A stretch of 64,000 bases of DNA from the human T2T-CHM13v2.0 reference genome, Homo sapiens. This document shows positions 14,051 through 30,150 of the stretch, piece after piece (the stretch's first letter is position 1; every line of letters begins with the position of its first letter). A program made the position numbers and the translations under genes. The stretch lies in the NCBI RefSeq assembly GCF_009914755.1, contig NC_060929.1. One strand, written 5' to 3'. The notes beneath the pieces are model-generated. The model made no database searches. It was not told the DNA's origin and saw only the letters and a program-made list of their open reading frames with translations.

Positions 14051-15755
14051 ATTTGTATATCTTCTTTTGAGAATTGTCTATTCTTAACCCACTTCTTGAC
14101 AGGATTGTTTGTACTTTTCTTACTGATTTGTTTGAGTTCATTGTAGATTTTGGATATTAGTCTTGTCAGATGTATATATTATAAAGATTTTCTCCCATTC
14201 TGTGGGTTGTCCATTTACTCTGCTGTTTCTTTTGCTGTGCAAAAGCTCTTCAGTTTAATGAGGTTTAGCTATTTATCTTTGTTTTTATTGCATTTGCTTT
14301 TGGGTTCTTGGTCATGAAATCCTTGCCTAAGCCAATGTCTAGAAGGGTTTTTCCAATGTTATCTTCTAGAATTTTTATAGTTTCAGGTATTAGATTTAAG
14401 TCCTTAATCCATCTTGAGTTGATTTTTGTGTAAGGTGAGAGATGAGGATCCAGTTTCATTCTCCTACATATGGCTAGCCAATTATCCCAGCACCATTTGT
14501 TGAAAAGGATGTCCTTTCCCCACTTTATGTTTTTGTTTGCTTTGTCGAAGATCAGTTGGCTGTAAGTATTTGGGTTTATTTCTGGGTTCTCTATTCTGTT
14601 CCACTGGTCTTTGTGCCTGTTTTTGTACCAGTACCATGCTGTTTTGGCGACTATGGCCTTATTGTGTAGTTTGAAATCAGGTAGTGTGATGCCTCCAAAT
14701 TTGTTCCTTTTGCTTAGTCTTGCTTTGGCTATGCGGACTCCTTTTTGGTTCCATATGGATTTTAGAATTGTGTTTTCTAATTCTATGAAGAGTGATGGTG
14801 GTATTTTGATGGGGATTGCACTGAATTTGCAGATTGCCTTTGGCAGTATGGTCATTGTCACAGTATTGATTCTACCCATCCATGAGCATGGGATGCATTT
14901 CCATTTGCTCGTGTTGTCTATGATTTCTTTCAGCAGAGCTTTATAGTTTTCCTTGTAGAGGTCTTTCAGCTCCTTGGTTAGGGGTATTCCTAAGTATTTT
15001 ATTTTTATTACTTTTTTTTGCAGCTATTGTAAAAGATGTTGAGTTCTTGATTTCATTCTCTGCTTGGTTGCTGTTGGTGTATAGAAGAGCTACTGATTTG
15101 TGTACATTAATCTTGTATCCAGAAACTTTGCTGAATTATTTATACGTTCTAGAAGCTCTCTGGAGGAGTTGTTAGGGTTTTCAAGATAAACAATCATATC
15201 ATCAGCAAACAGTGACAATTTGACTTTGTCCTTACCAATTTGGATACCCTTTATTTCTTTCTCTTGTCTGGTTGCTCTGGCTAGGACTTCCAATACTATG
15301 TTGAAGAGGAGTGGTGAGAATGGGCAGCCTTGTCTTGTTCCAGTTCTCAGAGGGAAAGCTTCCCAATGTATAGTTTAAATCCATTGTTTCTTTGTTGATT
15401 TTCTGTCTTGATGACCTGTCTAGTGCTGTCAGTGGAGTATTGAAGTCCCCCACTATTATTGTGTTGCTGTCTGTTTCATTTCTTAGGTCTATTAGTAATT
15501 GTTTTATGAATTTGGGAGCTCCAGTGTTAGATGCATATATCTTTAGGACTGTGATATTTTTCTGTTGAACAAGGCCTTTTACCATTATAAAATGTCCCTC
15601 TTTGTCTCTTTTAACTGCTATTGCTTTAAAGTTTGTTTTGTCTGATGTAAGAATAACTACCCCTGCTCGCTTTTGGTCTCCATTTGTATAAAATGCCTTC
15701 TTCCACCCCTTTACTTTAAGTTTATGTGAGTCCTTATGTGTTATGTGAGTCTCTT

Positions 15756-16059
15756 TTTTTTGTTTTTTTTTTTTTTTTTGAGACGGAGTCTCGCTGTCGC
15801 CCAGGCTGGAGTGCAGTGGCGCAATCTCGGCTCACTGCAGGCTCCGCCCCCTGGGGTTCACGCCATTCTCCTGCCTCAGCCTCCCGAGTAGCTGGGACTA
15901 CAGGTGCCCGCCACCTCGCCCGGCTAATTTTTTGTATTTTTAGTAGAGACGGGGTTTCACCGTGTTAGCCAGGATGGTCTCGATCTCCTGACCTCGTGAT
16001 CTGCCCGCCTCGGCCTCCCAAAGTGCTGGGATTACAGGCGTGAGCCACCGCGCCCAGCC
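15756..16059 (-). mobile_element. AluY, Ye5/Yf-type lineage
   Basis: sense strand has GGCGAGGTGG, GAACCCCAGGGGGCGGAGCCTGCAG and GGCGACAGCGAGAC (2-bp deletion); TSD gtgagtctctt at 15745-15755 and 16060-16070. Confidence 0.85.
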
Positions 16060-16824
16060 GTGAGTCTCTTATAGGTGGTAGATAGTTGGTTGGTGAATTC
16101 TTATCCATTCTGCAGTTCTGTATCTTTTAAGTGGAGCATTTAGGCCATTTACATTCAATGTTAGTATTGAGATGTGAGATACCCTTCCATTCATTAGGCT
16201 ATTTGCTGTCTGTGTACATTGTTTTAATCTTTTTGCTTTTTAAATTTCATTTTCATTTTACAAGTCCTGTAAGATTTATGCTTTAAAGAGGTTCTGATTT
16301 TATCTGCTTCCAGGATATGTTTCAAGATTTAGAGCTCCATTTAACAGTTCTTGTAGTGGTGGCTTGGTAATGGCAAATTACCTCAGCATTTTGTTTGTCT
16401 GAAAAAGACTGTATCTTTCCTTCATATATAATGCTTATTTTCACTGGATACAAAATTCTTGACTGATAATTGTTTTGTTTGAGGAGGCTGAAGATAGGGC
16501 CCCAATCCTTTCTAGCTTGTAGGGTTTCTGTTGAGAAGTCTGCTGTTAATCTGATAGGTTTTCCTTCATAGGTTACCTGGTGGTGTTGTCTCACAGCTCT
16601 TAAGATTCTTTCCTTCATCTTAACTTTACATAACCTGATGACAATGTGCCTAGGTGATGATCTTTTTGTGATGGGTCCCCCAGGTGTCCTTTGTGCTTCT
16701 TGTATTTGGATGTCTAGGTCTCCAGCAAGGCCAGGGAAGTTTTCCTCAATTATTCCCCTAAATATGTTTTCCGAACTTTTAGATTGCTCTTCTGCCTCAG
16801 GAATGCCAATTATTCTTAGGTTGG

Positions 16825-17935
16825 TATCAGGGGAAATTCAGCCAGATATTGGGCGAAATTCACCCCCGATATTTCACGTAGGTTCTTTTCTATACTCCCT
16901 AAGTGTCGGCCGGTCTGAGAAATAAAGGGACAAGGTACAAAAGAGAGAAATTTTAAAGCTGGGTGTCCAGGGGAGACATCACATGTTGGCAGGTTCTGTG
17001 ATGCCCCCCAAGCCGTAAAACCAGCAAGTTTTTATTAGTGATTTTCAAAAGGGGAGGGAGTGTACAAATAGGGTGTGGGTCACAGAGATCATGTGCTTCA
17101 CAAGGTAATAGAATATCACAAGGCAAATGGAGGCAGGGCGAGATCACAGGACCACAGGACCAGGGCAAAATTAAAATTACAATGAAGTTTCAGGCAGGCA
17201 TTGTCATTGATAACATCTTACCAGGAGACAGGGTTTGAGAGCAGACAACCAGTCTGACCAAAATTTATTAGGTGGGAATTTCCTCATCCTAGTAAGCCTG
17301 GGAGCGCTATGGGAGACTGGGGCTTATTTCATCCCTACAGCTTTGACCATAAAAGACGGCCACCCCCCGAAGCGGCCATTTTAGAAGCCTACCCTCAGGG
17401 ATGCATTCGCTTTCTCAGGGATGTTCCTTGCTGAGAAAAAGAATTCAGTGGTATTTCTCCCATTTGCTTTTGAAAGAAGAGAAATATGGCTCTGTTCCAC
17501 CCGGCTACTGGCGGTCAGAGTTTAAGGTTATCTCTCTTGTTCCCTGAACATTGCTGTTATCCTGTTCTTTTTTCAAAGTGCCCAGATTTCATATTGTTCA
17601 AACACACATGCTCTACAAACAATTTGTGCAGTTAACACAATCATCACAGGGTCCTGAGGTGACATACATCCTCCTCAGCTTATGAAGATGACAGGATTAA
17701 GATATTAAAGTAAAGACAGGCATAGGAAATCACAAGAGTATTGACTGGGGAAGTGGTAAGTGTCCATGAAATCTTCACAATTTATGTTCAGAGATTGCAG
17801 TAAAGACAGGCGTAAGAAATTATAAAAGTATTAATTTGGGGAACTAATAAAGGTCCATGAAATCTTCACAATTTATATTCTTCTGCCATGGCTTCAGCTG
17901 CTCCCTCCGTTCGGGGTTCCTGACTTCCCTCAACA
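16825..17935 (-). mobile_element. MER11 solo LTR (HERV-K HML-8/HERVK11)
   Basis: minus strand starts TGTTGAGGGAAGTCAGGAACCCCGAACGGAGGG; 1111 bp; 6-bp TSD ggttgg at 16819-16824 and 17936-17941. Confidence 0.9.
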
Positions 17936-18159
17936 GGTTGGGTCATTTATCGTAATACCAGACATCTTGGAGGCTTTGTTCATATTTTCTTATTCCTTTT
18001 TCTTTGTCTTTGTTGGATTGAGTTAATTCGAAGGCCTTGTCTTCAAGCGCTGAATTTCTTTCTTCTACTTATTTAATTCTATCGATGAGATTTTCCAGAG
18101 CATTTTGCATTTCTATAAGTGTGTCCAATGTTTCCTGAAGTTTTGGTTGTTTTTTCTTT

Positions 18160-18497
<338 letters not shown>

Positions 18498-20195
18498 TGA
18501 ATATTTCTCCCTTCACTTCTTGTATTGTTTTTTGGATATCCTTGCATTAGGCTTCACCTTTCTCTGGTGCCTTCCTGATTAGCCTAATAACCAACCTCCT
18601 GAATTCTTCTTCAGGTAAATCAGGGATTTCTTCTTGTTTGGATCCACTGCTGGTGAACTAGTGTGATTTTTGGGGAGTGTTAAAGAGCTTTGTTTTGTCA
18701 TGTTACCTGAGTTGGTTTTCTGGTTCCTTCTCATTCGGATAGGCTCTGTTAGAGGGAAGGTCTAGGGCTGAAGGCTGTTGTTCAGATTCTTTTGTCCCAC
18801 AATTTGTTCCCTTGATGTAGTATTCTCCCTCTTTTCCTATGGATGTGGCTTCCTGAGAGCCAAGCTGTATTGATTGTTATCTCTCCTCTGGGTCTAGCCA
18901 CTCAGCAAGTCTACCAGGCTCTAGGCTGGTACTGGGGCTTATCTGCACAGAGTCCTGTGATATGAACCATCTATGGGTTTCTCAGCCATGGATACCAGCA
19001 CCTGTTCCAGTGGAGGTGACAGGAAGGTGAAATGGGCTGTGTAAGGGTACCTAGCTTTGGTGATTTAATGCTCTATTTTTGTGCTGGTTGGCCTCCTGCC
19101 AGGAGGTGATGCTTTTCAGGGAGCATCAGCTGTGGTAGCATGGAGAGGAACCAACAGTGGGCAGGGCCCTAGAACTCTCAAGTATATATGCCCTTTGTGT
19201 TCAGATATCAGGGTGGGTAGGGAAGGACCATCAGGTGGGGACAAGGCTAGGCATGTCTCAGCTCAGACCCTCCTTGGGTGGGTCTTGCTGTGGCTGCTCT
19301 GGGGGATAGGCATGAGGTTCCCAGGTCAATGGAGTTATGTACCTAGGAGGATTACGGCCACCTCTGCTGAGTCATGCAGGTTGTCAGGGTAAGTGGGGAA
19401 AAGCTGGCAGTCACAGGCCTCACCCAGCTTCCATGCAATCTGTAGAGCCAGTCTCACTCCCACCATACCCCCGCTAACAGCACTGAGCCTGTTTCCAGGC
19501 AGTGGGCAAGCAGGGCTGAGAACTTGTCCCAGGCTACCCGCCTCCCAGCTGTGAAAGAAAAAGGCCTTAGTTCTTCCCCCACGTGTGGAGTCTGCACACC
19601 AGATTGGTGCCCTCTCCCAACTTCTGGCCAGGAGGTTTCTCCACTGGTTCAAAGTTCAAAAGTTCAAAGTTCAAAAGCTACAAGACTCAGCTGGAGGCTT
19701 CCTTCTCCCTGTGGCATATTCCTCCTGCCTGTGGCCACGCTCCCAAAGGACCTGTGATGTTAGGCAGGAATGGCCTGTGTGGGGACGCAGGAAGCTCCCA
19801 GGGCCTTTTCCACTGCTTCCTCTACCCCTGTATTTCACTCGGCTGTCTAAATTGACTCAGCTCCAGCTAAGGTCAGAATCTTCTCCTGCAAACTAGACCT
19901 TCAGTTTCCCTAGCAGGAGTGTGTGCCTGGGGGCAGAGGATCTCCCTTTCCCACTTCCACAGTTTGGGCACTCACAGTATTTGGGGTGTCTCCCAGGTCC
20001 TGTAGGAGCAGTCTGCTTCCTTCAGAGAGTCTGAGGGTCCTCTCGGTTTCCTGATTTATTCCTGCGGTCATTCTGGAGCTAAAATTCATGATGTGAGCCT
20101 CCCCCTGCTGCTCTGTCCATCTGAGTTGGAGCTGCAATCTAGCCCTGCCTCGCATCCACCATGATGCCTCCTCAACATCCGACAATTCAATTTTA

Positions 20196-20600
20196 AAAAA
20201 TAGGTAAAATACCTGTACAGGCAACTTGAAAATGGGATAGGAAAATGGTCATAAAGCATATGAAAACCCATTATCAATCAAGACAATCAGTAAATATATG
20301 AAAATCAAATAATAATAGAGAAATTCCAGCTGAAACCACAATGAGGTTACAACATACCCACCAGATGGGCTAAATTTAAACAGTCTGAAAATTTCAAGTA
20401 TTGATGGAATGAGAAGCAATGGAAATCATCAAAGACTATTGTAAATTATTTTAGGCTCTTCAGAAAATAGTTTATCATTCTCTGGTAAAACTGAAAGTAC
20501 ACATATTTTGTGGCAGTGATTCTGCTCCTAGCCATGTGCATATGTAAACCTGAACACATTCATATTATCCATAGCAGCATTATTTGTAGTCGCCCTAAAT
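20196..20600 (+). mobile_element. old L1M ORF2 3' portion resuming after the L1PB1 TSD
   Basis: aaaccacaatgaggttacaacatacccaccagatgg; atagcagcattatttgtagt. Confidence 0.6.
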
Positions 20601-20749
20601 TACCACAGTCCAAAAAGAGAGGAAACATGTTGAATGCTGAACAACATAAATTAAAGAAAAATCTACATTTAAAAATATCATAGTGAAACACCAAAGCATA
20701 ACTCCAGTAAAACACCAAAAGCAAAGAGATCTACAAGCAGCCAGAGAAT

Positions 20750-21010
20750 GGTAAATACATATCAGTATACATTTGTCCGAGCCTACAGAATGTGCAACAC
20801 TAAGAGTTAACCCTAATGTAAACTTTGGACTTTGGCTGATAATGATGATCCATGTAGATTCACCAACTGTTAGAAAGGTAGCACTTTTGTGGGGGATATT
20901 GAAAATGGGGGATGCTACGCATGTGAGGGAGCACTAGGTATAGGGGAAATCTTTGTACCCTCCTCTCAATTTTACTTTAAATATAAAACTTCTCTAAAAA
21001 ATAAATTTTT
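20750..21010 (+). mobile_element. L1MC/MD-type 3'UTR fragment
   Basis: tacatttgtcc...acagaatgtgcaacactaagagttaaccctaatgtaaactttggactttgg. Confidence 0.7.
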
Positions 21011-21017
21011 TTTAAAA

Positions 21018-21278
21018 AGTCCAGGTGTAGTGAGTGGCTCATGCCTGTAATGCCAACAATTTGGGAGGCCAATGAAGGCAGATTACTTGAGCCCAGGAGT
21101 TTGAGAACAACCTCGGTAACATGGCAAAATGCAGTGTTAGTGCACACCTGTAGTCCCAGCTACGTGGGTGGCTAAGGTGGGAGAATCACCTGATCCCAGG
21201 AAGTCGAGGCTACAGTGAGCCATGGCACAGCTTTGGGTGTCGGAGTAAGACCCTGTTACACACACACACACACACACA
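21018..21278 (+). mobile_element. internally deleted AluJ with (CA)n tail
   Basis: left monomer joined to right monomer without the A-rich linker; (CA)n at ~21258-21278. Confidence 0.8.
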
Positions 21279-21469
21279 AAATTAAAGATAGCCAGGGAAA
21301 AATAAATAACTTACAAAAGAATAACATTAGGCTGACATCTGACTTCTCAAATGCCACAATGAAAGCCAGAAGACATCTGAATAACATCATCAAAGTAGTG
21401 AGAAAATAATTGTCAGCCTAAAGAAGAGTTGCATACCAGAAAAACTAACTGCCAAAAATAAAAATAATA

Positions 21470-22800
21470 TATTTGATAGGAAATTGTATCCAGAATATGT
21501 AAATAACTCTTACTACTCAGTAAAAAGACTGTTAAGACAATTTAAAAATTTGGCAAAGTATCTGAATAGACATTTCTCCAAAGTAGATATACAAATGGCT
21601 AAGAAGCACATGAAAAATTGTTTAACATCATTAAGTCATTAAGCAAGGTGAATCAAACCCATCACACTGACTAGGACGGCTATCATAAAATTATAATAAT
21701 AATAACAACAACAGCAAATCCTAGCAAAGATATTGAGAAATTAGAGCACTCATACATTGCTGGTAGGAATGTAAAATGTGCAGCTACAACTTGGCAAAAA
21801 AGAGTTACCATGTGCCCTAGCAATTCTAGCTGTATACAAAGAGATTTGACATTCTATATCTACACAAAAACTTGTACACACCACTGTTTTTAGCAACATT
21901 AGTGATAAAAGCCAAAAAAGTAGACACAACCCCAAATCCCAACAACTGCTGAATAGATAAATTAAATGTGGCATACTCATACAATGAAATATTATTCTAC
22001 AATAAAAAGGAATGAACTGCTGATACACATGTTCTCACTGATATATGGGAGGCAAAAATGAATAAATTAATTAAATGAGATCCTGGAAGAAGACAGTAGA
22101 ATTGTAGCTATTAGGGGCATCAAAGGGTAGGGGGAATGGAGGATAAAGAGGTTAGTTAATGGATAGAGAATTATAGCTAGATTGGAGGAATAACTTCTAG
22201 TATTCTATGGCACTGTTGGATAAATATGGTTAGCAGGAATTTACTGCATATTTTCAATAAGCTAGAAGAGAGAATTTCGGATGTTCATAACACAAAGAAA
22301 TGATGAATGAGATGAATACACTCATAACTCTATTTGGTCATCACACATTGCATGCATGTATTAAAATATCACTTTGTATTTCATAAATATGTACAGTTAT
22401 TACATGTCAACTAAAAGTAAAACAAAAAGAAAAAAAACTACTGATACATGCTACAACATGGATAAACCTGGAAAACATTACACTAAGTGAAAGAAGCCAA
22501 TCCAATAAAACCACCTATTATATGATTCCATTTATGTTAACTGTCCAGAATAAACAAAGCTTTAGAGACAGAAAACAGATTTGCCATTGTCTAGGGCTGG
22601 GAGTTGAGGAAATCTGGGGAATAACTGCTAATAAGAACAAAATTTTTTTTCAGGTGGTAAATAAAATGATCTAAACTTTAAGGTGGTAATAGTTGCACAA
22701 CTATGTGAACATATTAAAGACTGTTTAATTGCATACTTTAAATAGGTAAATTGTATGATATGTGACTTATATCCCTATAAAGCTGTTGTTCAAAAAGAAT
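21470..22800 (+). mobile_element. L1MB-like ORF2 end and 3'UTR, interrupted by an L1MA fragment
   Basis: aatagacatttctccaaag; ctacaacatggataaacctggaaaacattacactaagtgaaagaagcca; gttgcacaactatgtgaac. Confidence 0.75.
22028..22435 (+). mobile_element. L1MA-type 3'UTR fragment
   Basis: catgttctcactgatatatggg...atagctagattggaggaataacttctagtattcta...; flanking repeat aact(g/a)ctgataca. Confidence 0.8.
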
Positions 22801-23603
22801 AGTAGTGAAATAAAGTCATTTTAAGATGAAAACTAACAGACTTTAGCAGTAACTACTTATGCTAAAGGAAATCCTAAATTATATTCTCCAGGAACAAATC
22901 TGAGATACAATGATTAGTGAGCAAAGAAACTGTTGGAAATATAGATGAACCAAAACAATTATATGCCTGTGAGATAATAATAATATTTATTGTGTATTCG
23001 TTAATAAAAGAATTAACCTACTGGGCAAAAATAGCATAAACTTGGGAGGGATCATTGGAGTTAAAGTATTATGATTTCCTTGTATTGTTCAAGAAGGTTA
23101 TTAAGATATTTGAACTTTCTTTAGTTAAATAGAAAGTTTCAAAAGTAACTACTAAAAATTATAAATAATTTGGCCTAAGTTCTGAAAGTATAAATAGAGA
23201 AAAATGGAATAAGTAATTTAAGATAAACAAAAAAAGACAGTAGGAAAAGCAGCATATAAAAAGCTAGACAAATTATCTGTATTTAAAATCCAAAAGAATC
23301 TATGAACACATTATTTACTATAAAAGTTTAACAAAGTGGCTAGATATAAGACATATAAAAATTTATTTTATTCTAACATAGCAGTAATAAAAGGTTAAAT
23401 CACAATTTTTTAAAAAATTATATATTATTAAAATATCCCTTTTCCACAAATTTATCTGTATATTTGGCAGAATTTTAATGTAATATAAGGGTATTTTAGA
23501 ATGGTAAAGACTTTCCTGAAGAAAATAATAAGATAGTTTGGTGGTCAGGAAGAAGAATCACTTCTGCTACTAGATATAAGACCTCATTTAAACTAAAGCC
23601 ACA

Positions 23604-24121
<518 letters not shown>

Positions 24122-24177
24122 TCATCGTGGAAAGCAAAGGTTATTCAGTAAGTAGTGTTAAAATAAGCATTTCCCCA

Positions 24178-24976
24178 TATAAGGATCTGAACTCTTTTTG
24201 CTCATACTTCTGACACCAAATGCATACAGCTTTTCCAACAGCGCTCCCCAACTCTCCAACACCAGCTGGGTGGTCTACAATTCAATTCAATTCTGACACT
24301 GTCTGCCAGGAGTTAGCATCAGATCCCACAAGTTAAGGCCTCAGCCCCACAAGACTGCCTTCATTTCAGATGCCAGTTGCAAGTACCAAGTTGTCGCCAG
24401 TACGTCAGATGACCAGCTGTAAGTTCAGGGATTCTCATGCCTCCACCCAGATTTAATAACTCACTAGAACAGCCCAAATAACTCACGAATGTGCTTTACT
24501 TATTATTACCACTTTATTATAAAGGATATAACCTGGGGACATCCAAATGGAGGGCACACACATAAGGCAATAGTGGGGAAGTGTGCTGATCCTCCACGGC
24601 TTCTCAGAGCATACCACCTTCCCAGAACCTTGATATGTTCACCAACTCAGAAAGTCTCCAAACCCCATCATTCAGGAGTTTTTATGGCAGTTTGATTATA
24701 TAAGTATGATTGATTAAGCTATTGGCTATGGTTGATTAACTTAATCTCCAGTCCCCCTCACTTCCCTGAAGGTGAGGGAGAGGGATGGGACTGAAAGTTC
24801 CAGTCTTCTAATCATGTCTTGGTCTTTCTGGCAAGCAGCCCCTATCCTGAAACTATCTATGGACCCCCAGTCACCAGTCATCTTGTTTGCATACAAAAGA
24901 CACTCTTACTGTCCTGGAGATTCCAAAAGGATTTGGAAATATGTTCCAAGAACTAATATATATTTCTTATGCCATA
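24178..24976 (-). mobile_element. MER21-family LTR
   Basis: acttctgacaccaaatg...caattcaattctgacact...tcagatcccacaagttaagg...cccacaagactgcc; terminal atatatttctt. Confidence 0.75.
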
Positions 24977-24979
24977 AGG

Positions 24980-25930
24980 GAAAAACTGAAACTATGTATC
25001 TTTTCTTATCCCATACACAAAAATAAAATCCAATTGGATTAAAGGCTTGAAGTAAGAAACAAAACTGTAAAGCTTTTATAAGAAAATAGAGAATATATGT
25101 ATAAAATCACAGTAAAAAATTATTTCAAAACAACACACTAAAAGCACTAATTATAAAAGAGATTTATAAATTTGGCTACATTAAACATTAACAGCTTCTG
25201 TTCATCAAAAGACCCCAGAAAGAATGTGAAGCATCAAGCCACAAACTAAGAAATTTGCAACATGTGTAATCAACAAAAAATTAATAGCCTTTATATCCAA
25301 AGAGCTCCTATAAATCAATGATAAAAAATTAAACAATACAATGGAAAAATTGTCAAAATATATCAATAGTAATTTTATAGAAGAGAGGCGCAAATGTCCC
25401 ATAATCATAAGACAACAATCAACCTCATTAGTAGTCAGGAAATGCATACAAAGATACCATTTTATACTTATCAGAAACACAAAGTTTGATAATATGATAT
25501 TGATGATACCAAGTGTTGGCTAATACGTAAGGATCTCTTAAACTCTGCTTGCAGTAGTATAAACTGGTACAACTATTTCTGGAAAATAATTTGTCATTAC
25601 CCTTCAAAGATGAACTTTCTCATATTTTTATAGTCTATGAACTAGCAATTATACTACCAATCATACATACAGAATCTCTTGTCCAGAACACATGTACAAA
25701 GCCATTCATAACACTTGCTTCTTACAGCAAAAATCTACAAACAACTCACTGACTATTGAGAGGAAAATAAATAAATTATTTACTACATATTTATATAATG
25801 AATTGTTATATAGCAATGAAAATGAATGAACTGTAGCTGTGCACATCATCATGAATAAACCTTAGAAACAAAATAATGAATTAAAAAACAGGTCACAGTA
25901 GACCACAGACAGTATATGCTAACATTTTTA
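24980..25930 (+). mobile_element. old L1M ORF2 C-terminus and 3'UTR (outer host continuation)
   Basis: tggattaaagg; aacctcattagtagtcaggaaatgca; tataaactggtacaact; gcaatgaaaatgaatgaact. Confidence 0.65.
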
Positions 25931-26321
25931 TAAAACTTATTTATTCTCTTCAAATGCAGAAAGCAAACAGTCATTTTTTTAAATTCCAATAAAAATCCAA
26001 CATCTTTTGTTTCTCTAATCAGAATTATTGGAATTGACTGTGTGGAGAAAACATAATGTATGTAACTGTAATTCTCTTGCTTGGTTAAGCAAATCTTTAG
26101 AGTGAGCCAATTACTGTACTGAAGGAAGAACCAAATAGCACTGTAAGCCTCTGGCACTGTCAGAAAATGGAAAACTGTGGTTACTGAAAATGTATACTTT
26201 AAATAGAGTGACCACTAAAACCATATGTGGATTACAATGTTAAAAAGGACTATAAATGTACTATAATTCTTGACTTCCCTCCATCTTACCAACAACTATT
26301 GTTGGCTCTACTTTCAAAATA

Positions 26322-27926
<1,605 letters not shown>

Positions 27927-28320
27927 AAATATCCAGAACTAACCATCTCTCACAACTGCCAACCCTACTTTCCTAGTCCATACCACACCACCGCCATTTC
28001 TCAGCAAAACCATGGGAAAAGCTCATTACCTGATCTCCCTACATCAACCCTGGACTACCTCTCTCACATAACAAAGCTCTTCTCAAAGTAGCAATTACTG
28101 TTTGAAAACTTAATTTCTACTACATAACAACTCTAATCAACCCATCCACAACCACTACCAGTGGCTTCTCATCTCACATAGAATAAAATCCAAGTTCTGT
28201 ATGATCATGGCCCCAGGCTACTTCACCAACTTAATCTTATAATATTCACTCAACTCATCATGCTGACCCCTTTCCATTTCCTTATATGTGCTAAGCAGGG
28301 CCTTGGTAATTACTGTTAAA
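27927..28320 (+). mobile_element. L2 fragment
   Basis: ccagtggcttctcatctcacatagaataaaatccaag. Confidence 0.6.
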
Positions 28321-28721
28321 TAGCTAGCTAAATATAAATATGTCCTGGATGTACAAATGGTGAAAGTGTGCCATGCTTCAATGTTTATTATTTATCCAAT
28401 TCTACACACCTGTGACCCAATAAAAAACATCCTTATTATGCCTGATATGGAGGAAGTGGTGTCTTCCTTTTGAAGAATTTTGGGAATATTTTACATACAT
28501 GACTTGGGAACTATTTACACATTGTATTTTACACAGAACTGTCTAATTGCCCAAAATATACTCTCTCTATAAGGCAATTAGGCAATCTATACAGGTTCTG
28601 TTAAGCATACATATATATATCATTTCCTCTCTCCTCACCTCCCCAACTCCCAAACCCATCTGCCCACCCCTCACAAGAAGAAATGTGTTTTCATTATTGA
28701 ATGCTTTCTGGAGAAATCTGA

Positions 28722-29042
<321 letters not shown>

Positions 29043-30004
29043 TGAGAAATGTATTCTTAATGAGATTTTGAATAATAACTTGAAGTGGAAGAAATAACCC
29101 CTTTATCACAGCCAGCTCCTCCTCTTCTTTCAGGAAGAACTATGATCTGTGGTTATTAACTGAGCATTTTATGGGCAGAAAATGGAAATCAAAGACAAGA
29201 GAACCATGATATAAATCCTGATCTGGCCTCTCAATTAAAATGATATTAAAAAGCAGTATAATTTTCCACCACAGCCCACGTGGAAAACGGTTGCAGAATG
29301 AGTGGACTTCCTTTCCAGAAAGCAAGATAAAAAATGCTTTTAGCCCAGCACAGCTTGTAGCACATACAGAAAGTCAAAAGAAATTCAGAAAATGGGCAAG
29401 GAAGGTGGTTTGAAAATTTGCTTCGCCTGAGCTGGCTGAATTTATTCCTGGTCCCAGAAGAGTAAAAATTAGTGTTTTCAAGTCTAATCTACCAGAACCA
29501 CTAAGTCAGCCCAGCTTTGATAGCCTTAGCTGCACGTGGCTGTTCAATAGACAAGGGGAGCTTAGGAACTGCTCCTAACACCTGCCTCCTAGGCCCTGGA
29601 GCTCTGGGAGAACAGGGTTGTGACTGGGCCCTACAGGTCCTTGAAACAAGTGTCAAGAAGAGATTCTAGAGCAGAAAGGTCACACTCTATGAGGAGAGAG
29701 TATGAGTAGCCTGGTGTGCACATCTGCATTTGTCTCCCAGCCCAAAGGCAGTTTCGTTCAAGTCCTTTTTCTTTTCAAGGAGCATCTTGACATTTTGTCA
29801 GTACTTGTGGTTTCTACTTAATGACAGATAAGGAGTGCTGGGTCCTGACCTCCCTTTGTGTACGTATCACTGATGAGAGGAGCATGCCTGCCTGTGGGAA
29901 TTTGGAAGTAAAGTGGCCCATTAAACAGGCAGGTCTATGACAGGTAGATTTAGAAACCAACTATGTGAAAACCACAATGATGATAATAACAATTATAACA
30001 AGTA

Positions 30005-30150
30005 TGGAGGCTTAATATGTGCCAGGCACTTTGCTAAATTCTTTAGAGGAATTATCTAAACTTGATCCTCATAAAAACTCTATGGGAAAAAATATTGCTG
30101 TGTTACCTGCCCCTTTTTATAAATGAGGAAACTGAGGCATAGAGGGCTTT
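30005..30150 (-). mobile_element. MIR
   Basis: atgtgccaggcactttgctaa...aaatgaggaaactgaggc core. Confidence 0.75.

Noticed and set aside
19648-19684. (gttcaaa[a])4 short tandem repeat in the L1PB1 5'UTR
   Set aside because: Ordinary slippage expansion with no further structure.
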